Assembly: GCA_012295275.1 (NCBI GenBank)
Contig: CM022670.1
Location: 11,346,001-11,410,000, forward strand
Direction: 5' to 3'
DNA length: 64,000 nucleotides
Origin: Chrysomallon squamiferum
Lineage: Eukaryota; Animalia; Mollusca
Shown here: piece after piece, positions 51,901 through 62,419 of the stretch
Numbering within the stretch: position 1 is the stretch's first letter
Layout of the letters: the number at the start of each line of letters is the position of its first letter
The notes under the pieces: generated by a model
Database searches by the model: none
What the model was told of the DNA's origin: nothing
What the model saw: only the letters and a program-made list of their open reading frames with translations
Translations under genes and position numbers: made by a program

Positions 51901-54193
51901 TTTTTTTTTTTTTAGAGGGGATATTGTTGTTGTTTTTTGTGTTTGTTTGTTGTTGTTTTTTTGTGTTTGTTTGTTGTTGTTTTTTTTGTTTTTTTTAATT
52001 TTAGTGATAATATGTTTTTAGGTGAAGCTGGATGAAAACCAGCTAAATGGGCCATCTCGAGTCGTGCACATCCGCAGCCTGCCTCACGACGTCACAGAGA
52101 CTGACATCGTCCAGCTGGGCATGCCATTTGGCAAAATGATCAACGTCTTGCTCTTAAAACAAAAAAATCAGGTAATTTTAGTTTTGTAGCATTTATTATT
52201 TATATTTAGATAATGTTAACTTACTATGTACTTTGAAGACATTTTAATATATTTTTTTTTTGTTAGTTAAAAATGAAATGAATAGTATAAAAGCAAGTTA
52301 ATAAAAATAATAATTTCATACACACAAAAACATCTGGTGGCATGTTTATGAGTTCTAAAAAGAAAAAGACAAAAAACAACAAAAAAAAACACAACAGAAA
52401 TAACAGTAACTTGCAAAGACTGTTGTACTAATAGGGAAAATTTCATCATTAATGACAACAGGTTTTACCTAGCAATTCAGAATTAACATTTTTATACTGT
52501 AGAAACAATCAGGAGAACCTGTCTGATACTAGAGCATAATAACAGTTGTAAAATAAATTATAAATAAATATTCTTTCATGTTAACAATAATAAATTTCAA
52601 TTGGTTTATGTCAATGCTTCACAATATTAGTTTGTTAAATGTTGGCATTGAGGGGGGAAAACAAATTTTCTTTGATATTAAATACCAGAATTTGAACTTG
52701 TTACTTCATAACTAAATACTATAACAACACAGGCAAAATAATTTCACCAATCACAATTTTTTTTTTTTTTTTTTTTTTTTCATTTTTATTCCTTACTGAA
52801 AATTAAATTATTTTCTTTTAACCTGTTTGTTCAACTAATAGTATTTGTTTAACTAATAGTATCGCCTGATGCTGACTGTCACATGTTGGCCATTTCTGTA
52901 TGACACTTATGACTAATATGTTCAGCTGCTGCAGAAAGTGTATAAAAATAATTTCCATATTTAATCATCTTTCCATCTGTCGCCAACCTGTAGCATGGTG
53001 TTAATGTTATTCAGTGTGTGTGTGTGTAAATTTCTTGGACCGAGACAGACGAATATTTCAATAATGAAATTAGATGTATATTTAGGTTAATAATGTTATT
53101 TTAAAACATGAAACTGAAGATGAAAACAAAATGCATACGTGCAGTATGTTACATAATGTGTTCTAAAATACCTATTATGTTTCACTTTATTCATTTATTT
53201 ATTTGGTAACCAGTATTCACTGTTTCTAATTGAGAATTTGGAAGCTGAATTCATTTTATTAGTATTAGTATTATTTACACCTAACTTTGAACTGATTTCA
53301 AAGAATAAGGTACTTAATGTATGACCCTGAATTTGATATTAATGTTTTATATATATTTTTATTAGGCTTTTCTAGAGTTCACTGATGAAATGTCAGCACA
53401 AAATATGGTTGCCTATTATCAATCTACTCCAGCACAAGTGCGTTCTAAGTTGTGTTATGTCCAGTTTTCAAACCACAAAGCCCTCAACATTAAGACTGAT
53501 GCTCTACATGCCTACCAGGTAACATAACCATACAGAGTTGTTTTATGGTTTATTACAAAATAAAGAGTTTTTTTTAATTATTAATATTATTATTTTAGTA
53601 GTGTTCTGAACAAGCTATATAACATTCTGGCTGGCCTATGAAGGAAATTTTTCCAGGTTTTTTTTATTTATTTTTATTTTTTATTTTTGTTTAATGTAGT
53701 TATTTTATTTTTATTTTTTTTATTTTTTTTTATTTTAAAAATGCACACATTTTATATTTCAATAAATTTCATATTCCTAATACATAAGGCTCATATTTTA
53801 TATGAATATTATTCTATTAATTGTTTTTAAATGACCAGTAAACACGCGTTAGGGACAAACATAAAACTGTATGTTTAAAAGATGGGTGTGTCTGAGTATG
53901 TTTTTGCTATTTTAGAATGCAACAGCACAAGCTGCTCTGCAGGCAGCACAGGCAGTGATGCATGCACGAAACAGTGGCAGCAATCCCTCCACTGTCCTTT
54001 CACAGGAATCCACCTCTTCAGACCAGCCTTGTATTCTGAGAATAATCATAGACAATATTTTATATCCAGTTACACTGGAAGTTTTACACCAGGTAAGTAA
54101 GCTGCAATACGCACAAATTGTTTTCTCTAACTTGCTTTTATTTATTTTAATTTTTATTTTATGATTGTTATCGTTGTTTTATTTTATTTTATT

Positions 54194-54224
<31 letters not shown>

Positions 54225-54889
54225 TGAAAAGCTGTGGGTATACTGCAGTGGAAACCCAAGAAGGTCAGCCTTTACTAAGACTGTCGGTGTTTTCAGTCGT
54301 AATTATAAAAAAGATATGCAGAGGATCACGTTTTTATATGTTTCAGTTTTTAAAAAAAAGTTTGCTTTCTGTTGAATGAAATTAGCTCAACATACCAAAT
54401 CAAGTATAACGTTTTATCAGAAAGAATCCTTAAAAGAAATTATTTAATTTTTTTTATTTATTGCTCACACTCACAAAATACAAGTTTATATATATATATA
54501 ATTTCCTATTCTCTTTTTACAGGTATTCTCAAGATTTGGCAAGGTTTCAAAAATCATTACATTCACAAAGAACAGTAAGTTGTGTATTCTGTTTTTCATA
54601 GTTGAAAAAAAGAAAAGAAAAAAGAAGAAAAAAAAAAGAACTTTAAGATAATAAAAGGAAAGAAGAATTACATTTCATGTATTTGACCTCGAATATTTTA
54701 GATTGTTCAATAATTTGCCAAGTCCTTTGTTTCAGAAATATGTACACCATCTGCAAATTATTTTATTTTTAATGAGAAAGTTTAACTTTATGTGACTTAG
54801 TAATTGTTAGCAATAGTGGTGATAAAATTTTTGATTTTTGTTTTTTGCAGATAATGTGTATAAAAACAATGTTACTTATTTATTATTAT

Positions 54890-54933
<44 letters not shown>

Positions 54934-57900
54934 AGACCAGTATCAGGCCTTAATACAGTTTGCTGACTGCATATCTGCCAGAACAGCAAAAGATGTAAGT
55001 TGATCTTTTATGTTTATTAATGGAATGGTATGTTGAATCCAGTACTGAAAATATTTACACCGGAATACAGTTTTGCATATATCAATTAAAGCATTCAGTA
55101 TGCTTCACTTTATTAACAAAAGCATTAAACACCAATAAATAGATAAATAGTGTGTTTGAAATATTTTATTGTGCCTGAAATATCATTTCATATATCAGTT
55201 TTATATATAATAAAAATACTTCAGATGGCTTTCTGTGATACCATTAAGTAAACAAATATATTTGTTCCAGTCTTTGGATGGTCAGAACATCTACAATGGA
55301 TGTGATACACTGAAAATTGACTACTCAAAATTAACCAATTTGAATGTGAAGTATAATAATGACAAGAGCAGAGACTACACACGTCCTGAACTCCCATCTG
55401 GTGATGCCCCAATAGATCAGGCACTGCAGTTCTGTGGTAAGTGGTTACTGTTCGTTGTTTCGTTTTCTCAGGTCTTCAACTTGTACTTTTAATAAACCAC
55501 TGCGCAATCTCTTCATACGCTTTGATGATTTTTGTTTTAATCAGTGGTACCATTTAATATTAAGTTACTGAAACAGTTTAATTTGTGAAGGAAAAGTGGT
55601 TTTTGTTTGTACCAATTGATATAAAGCATTATCAGAAAAATAATAGTTTATTCCATTATCCCTGTTATGAGACTGAATGCACTTATGCAAAATGGATTGA
55701 AATATATTCATAGCTGTAATGAGAGAAAAAAAGTGTTACGTATATTTACATTAAATTTTTTTTTTTTAAATAATAAATAAAACAAAATAACTTAGGCAAC
55801 AAGAAATACAAAAATAAGACTTTAAATTTCAGATTTGTACACCACACCTAGTATGTATTTTATTTCTTAATTTTTAAATCTCACATCTACTATCAAGCTG
55901 ATGCTCGATTCTGTTTCTATCAGATTTCTGCTGATACAAAATATTTTATGCATTAAGAATTGTTAATAATAGTGAAGTGATTTCCATATCAGCATGCATA
56001 TTGTTAATGGGTATATTCTCATAACAAAATAGAAAATGATTTCATTTTTCTCTCAGTGCAAGATAAGTTAGTAAGACTGTGTTACATTTTGAATTAAAAA
56101 CCGATCTGATTATTAATCTGTATTATTTATCTTATAAAAAGAGGTATGAAGTAATTACATTTATATTTTCAGTATATTAGTATCTTTTTTTTTTTTTGAT
56201 TGACAGACCACATAAACATTCATTTCAGGTTTAAACCTCTGTTCATTAGAATTCATATGTTCATGAAATTTGTGTTCTGAAATACTAGAAACTAAATAAT
56301 GGTTTGCGTATTTATGTGCTTTATTTTATACTTTGATTATGCATTTAACCATACATTTACATGTTCATGTCATTTTCCCTATCATTTAGTTACACCAGTA
56401 ATTTTCTGTGTGCTGTATTCCAAGTTTTATTTGCATGCTCATATGTTGCTGGCTTTAATCTATTCTGCTTCTGCCTGGAACTTTCTGTACTTTCCAGCTA
56501 TTGCAGTAAAGTAAATATGGTCACGTACAAGGCAAAAGGCATTTGCACAAAAACATTTCATTTAAACAATTTCTGTTTACAAGCTACTAAATTTACTATT
56601 TTAAGGGTGTTTTAACCATTTCACTTCAGCTGCAACTATGTATATTGTTTAAAATTTATGTTTTGTAAAGAGCAGAATTGCAATGACTTTTGACTTACAT
56701 GTATCATATTAAGACTTTTTGGCTTATCTGCTCACACACAAGTGGGTTTTCTCACTCATTAACCAATCCTACCTTGTTTGTAACCATATTAAGGTGCACC
56801 TGGGGTAATATCGTCGCCGTTTGCCGCTGTGCCTGGGCTTGGACACCCCCACCTTACTGCATATGGTGCTGCCGCTGCTGCTACAGGCTGGAGGTATGCC
56901 GCTTACTGGTACTCAGTTAGCCTACCATACATCATTAATGACTCGAAACATCACAAACGGTTGTACCCAATATTGTTAACAGTTACATTCTAAACTAGAT
57001 GACTTAAGATCTTAAAAACTTTTATTTTGTAACTAGAACGTTTCTGTCTCGTTGAGACAGCGTGCAAGTGTCTCGTTTAGAAAGTAAGGTAGCATTATAC
57101 TAGTAAGTTGTATACCTGTATTGGATTGACTAACTCTTGTTTCTAAATACCGTCCATACACATTTGCTTGTTTTTGGAATTAATTTCAGATATGCTGTTT
57201 CTGTTCAGAAACCAGTGACTTAATAAAAAAGTTAGAAATCAGTTCTGTTCACAAAATTATACGAACAAAATTTAACATTTTAAATATTTTTATGTTTTGT
57301 ATTGAGAAAATTTTGGTACTTGAAAGCATGTCAAAAACTGACTGGCTAAAAAGCAAATTACAAAATTACTTTTATTCTGGACACAGTCAAACAGCATATC
57401 TAGCAATCAGTTGGTTACAAAGTTTATTTTCTTCTGAAATTAGAAAACATGTAGCAAAAGTTAAAATATTAAATACCGATTGATTGTGAAATTGTCTAAG
57501 AAAAGCAAAACCAATTGTAACCTTGTAACCTTATAACTAAAGATTTATATTAATTTACAGAGTTAACACAAAAATAATTATTTAAAAAAATAAAAAAGAC
57601 AAAATTGGAAAATGGGAAATTGAAAGCATTTATGACAAAATGCATTTATTTAAAATGCCTTCTGTCACTCACTAGAAGTATATTTAGTTACATTATAACT
57701 TTTTGCAAAGATAATTTTGTTGGTTTTGTTGGGGATTTTGGTTTAGCATATTTCGACATCTGAAAATTGGTATAAAACTGTAGTTTTAATCGCTTTGCAT
57801 GCAGTTAGTTATCAAGCCCTCAGGTTTGTTTTGTTGCTTTTTTGTCCACATGTGTGTGTGACTAACATGAAAATGAAGATTAAGGACTCGTATTAAGAAA

Positions 57901-58398
57901 GAAAAAAAAAATTATATATATTAATTGACTAACAGATGAAGGTATTAATACAAAATCTTTCCCTTTTGTTGTAGCCCCTGGTTTTGGTAGTCTAGCAGGT
58001 GAGTTTGTACAATGTGGCATCCTAGGATTGGCATGTTCTTTAAACTAATTGTGGCCACAAACAGTCTTTCATTTCTCATCTGTTTATATTTGTAAAAAAA
58101 AAAATGGTTTCTTATTTTCAGTCTCTGTCTGTGCTTCTAACTCGTTTCTGTTTCAGTCTTGGTGTTTGGTGCTACCTTTTCACTCTGAATTGATTATGCT
58201 CTTTTTCAGCTGAAAACTGTCGACTTTCTCCAACTTCAGCTTTTCTGTGCTGAACTTAATGACAAAAAGAGCATGATGAAATTTTAACAAAATAAAAACA
58301 AAATAAGCTGATTGAGAACATTAATTAAATTATTAAATGTATTATTTTTTATTGTTATATATTTAATTATTATACAGTTAATGGATTTTTATTAAGAT

Positions 58399-58438
<40 letters not shown>

Positions 58439-59021
58439 TATCAGTTTTGCTAATAGAGTTAATTACCTAGTTTTTAATAAACTGTTCTGGGTCTGTTTTA
58501 AGACTGTTTGTATTTGGGTGGATGATTTCAGCAATATTTACGATATCATTCAACCGATTCCTTATTCTCTCTGTTAATTATTAATGTAATTATACCTACT
58601 GATATTTGATAACCCTGATATCTTCATAACATTAAAAAAATAATAATAATAAAAAAATAAATTCTCATCTTGTAATTTGGATTTGATGATAAGAATATTT
58701 GGAAATAAGTAACAAACAGTATGTTTAAACAAGAAATCAGTACACATTACATTGTGTCTCTCAACCTTTGTAGACTTACTTCTTAAAATATAATAATACA
58801 GCTGCTTTAAATTTCAAGCTTGTTTTTTTTTTTTTTTTTTTTGTAGTATCCTTTTTCTCATCTTTGCTATTATAATTATATTAAAGTGACTCTTTCCTAT
58901 CACTATCAGTCTGCTAATTTTATTTTATTTATTATTTATTTATTTGTTTATTTATTATATGAATCTTAGTCAAGAACCAGATAGAGCAAAGAATTTTCTA
59001 AATCATTAAACTGCTGCTGCA

Positions 59022-59055
<34 letters not shown>

Positions 59056-60870
59056 GATTTACTTTGCAAAAGCAAAATAATCTTATTAATCTTTTTTTTT
59101 TTATCTCAAAAAGCTTTAAAAGCTATTCTAATATTCTTATCTGCAAAATGCATAAAATACCATTATTTCTAAATTAATTTTAAAATTATTTTCCTTATCT
59201 CAGTGCTTGTATAGTAAGAAAATGATTTTATTTTTCCTATGGAAATTACTAATATTTCTGAACAACTCATAATGCTGATGAACCAGCCAAAACAATAACA
59301 CATTTGATTATGATTTTGTTTTTATGTATTTTCCAGCTATGCCTACAGCTATGCCAGGGTATGGGCCTTTACCAGGATCCTTTGGTGCAGCCCGCCTAGG
59401 CATGCCTATGCCAATTACCACAGGCAGTAGTGTCATTCTGGTCTCAAATCTTGATGAACAGGTAAGATGTCTCGATTATTTTCAATCCGAAGCATCGGCA
59501 TTGTCAAAACAATACTTCAGATGAGAAAAATATAAACCAAAACAAAAAACTGATAACACTGAAATTCCTGTTGGTAATAATATGTAAACAAACTTTGTTT
59601 TAACTTTCGATATATTTATAGAGAGAGAGAGTTTTTAAAGAGCAGATAAATTAGGAAAATTGCTATAACTAAAATAAGTGTGACAGCATTAATTTTAAGG
59701 GTTCTTCTTTCATTTCAGATTTAGAAATTACAAATTTGTGTGTTTGTGTGATTTGATCTGCAAACTGTCAGGAATGAAAATAATATAAGAAGCTTTTGTT
59801 TATGTTAGCTAATTTAACTGTTTCTGTGGTACTTACGTAACTGAAGACCAGTCACACAGACAAATAGAGTAACAAAAATAACGCGTTTTATCTGTTTATG
59901 GTGAAAGATAGTTGTCAGGTGCAGAAGTTGAACAGGTTATAATAAGATTCTTACACGTTATGCAAATCCTGTAATTTAAAACTGCCAGGCTGCAATGATG
60001 TCATTATTCAGTTTTATCCTTGAATAATTGATTTAAAAGTGAAATGGGATGAAAATTATTATTCAAGTTAAAAATGATAGGGTGACGTTAGCCATTACAA
60101 TTTTAATGCATACAAGCTTCTGTTGTTGGATGCTTTGTTACTGGTTACGTCTCCATTTATTACATTTTTATTTTTTTTATTAATTTATTTTTAAACTGAG
60201 ATTCCTAGTTTTATTAGAGCCTAATACAGTTAAATTTTATCATAAAGTGGTGAATCCATTCTCCAAAATATTGAGATTTTTTAAATTTGAAATTAGATCA
60301 GTAATAAAACAACTAAATTGAATATCGTATATTTATATTTATTAACAAAATTGATTTTAAAAAATTAAGCCAAAACTAAAAAGCATAAACAGAACAAAGA
60401 ATTTATGGATTTGCAAACAAGGTAATCAGAGTGTGGCTAATTTTATACATTTGTTTAGTTTGCTTTATTTGGGAATTTTGTTAGCTGCTTTTTTTTTTTT
60501 TTTTTTACCACTCTCCAAAAAAACCCCAACAATAAATGAATAAAATAAAATAAAATAAAATAAAATACATAATAGTATAAATGAATAAGATTTAAAAAAT
60601 GAAAAATGAAAAACAGCATTACTTAGCATACCTGGTGAAAACATTGTCCTCCTTCACTCTGAATCCATCGCATCCAGTTTGAATAGTAGGCTGTTAGTTT
60701 ATTTATTTCCTTTCTCATAAACTTAAAGTGATGGTTTTAGATTTTTGTTATGTGGAAAGTAATTCATTTCAGATGGTGTTGGGTGAAAATAGTGACTATT
60801 TTGTCCCAAGGAAATAGTATTGTTTTGGAATTTGATGTGTTTACAGTACAATATTCTTATGATTCTGTTA

Positions 60871-60901
<31 letters not shown>

Positions 60902-62385
60902 GATGATAGAGAATTCAAATAAAACAAATTTAGTTACATTTCATCCTAATAAGCAAATTTGACTACATCTGATTATTTAAAGTTTCTGCAGTTAAAAACT
61001 TCACTTCGTAGTAAATATAGCAGCATGCTTTGCTTACTCAGTAGTCTGCATAATACATTTATTGGTGCAGGTTTTCTTCCTTAGGTGGAGCCAGTCAACA
61101 GTGCATGCCTTTCGCATGGATTCCAAACTTTAACCTGCATATATATATATATATATGTACATTTATATATTCTACTGGTGTTTCTTTTGTTCAGAAGTTT
61201 AAATTACAGTGTAAAACTAATTTCTGTGTACGCACTGGTCAGAATTTTGTGTTTCTACTTCATTGTAGTCTGTCATGGTAACAATGTGAGAGGAGCCTCG
61301 CATTAAAAGATCATTATTTTATTTGATGACGATTTCTAAATTTAACTTTTCTTTATTTTTGTAATTACTGAGAATTGATTAAGCTTTTTTCTTTTAAATT
61401 TTTAAATTTTATCTATAATATCTCCTTTTTTTTATTGGAGAATGAAACAAGTTAATGGAGGCAGTCTTTAAGCAGTCTTCATACAGTTTGATTAATGTAA
61501 TATTTTTAAAAAGTTACGCGAGTCGTTCTGAATCGCACATTTATTACCATGACAGTGCTACTGTAGTCTTATTTTACATCAGTTTTGGGGATGTTCACCA
61601 CTTCTAATATGAATTTTCCCTTTTTTTTTTTTTTCTTTGTTCCTGCCCCGTCTCTGATGTTTCAAACAATCACGTTGCGGTGTCCGTCTCCATGTGGACT
61701 CTCTATGTTGCTACTTGGACTGACTCTTGCTCTGCTCCTAACTGTTCCTCTACTTTAGAGTGTCGCGCCAGATGCTCTTTTTACCCTTTTTGGTACGTTT
61801 ATAAGCACTCTTTTCTTTTTCTATGTAGAAAATAGCACCAGGAAAATGCTTTTTAAACAAACAAACAAAAAAAATCAGTTATCATTTAAAATAGATCATT
61901 TCCATTAAATTGTTCTAAGATGAGCATCTGAATCTTTAATTTTGCAGTTTTGAGATAGTAATTTTTTATTTTTATTTTATTTTATTTTTTTTTGGCTACT
62001 AATAAAATTAATAATATTTTGTAAACCTATTCGTTACTGTTTAGTTTAAAACAGTAATTATTTTTGTAACCTGTTTAGAAACACATTCTTTTCTGTGAAA
62101 TTTGCTATTGACATAATTTAAAATCTTCAGAAATGAAGGTATTTCATATGAAAATTTAGAAAAATCGAAACGAATTTATTGATTTGAATTTCTTATTAAA
62201 AATTAGAAATACAATGCCAATCCAGCATAATAAAAATAATTTAAAAAAAAAGAAAAAAATTAAAATTTACAGGGCTTTTTTGTATTTTTATCTCGAAACC
62301 TGGATGCACTATTGTATTTGTGCAGTTAAATGTTTTTGTAAAGTAATAATAAATATTAATAAGAAGTCCTGGCTTTCTAACATTG

Positions 62386-62419
<34 letters not shown>

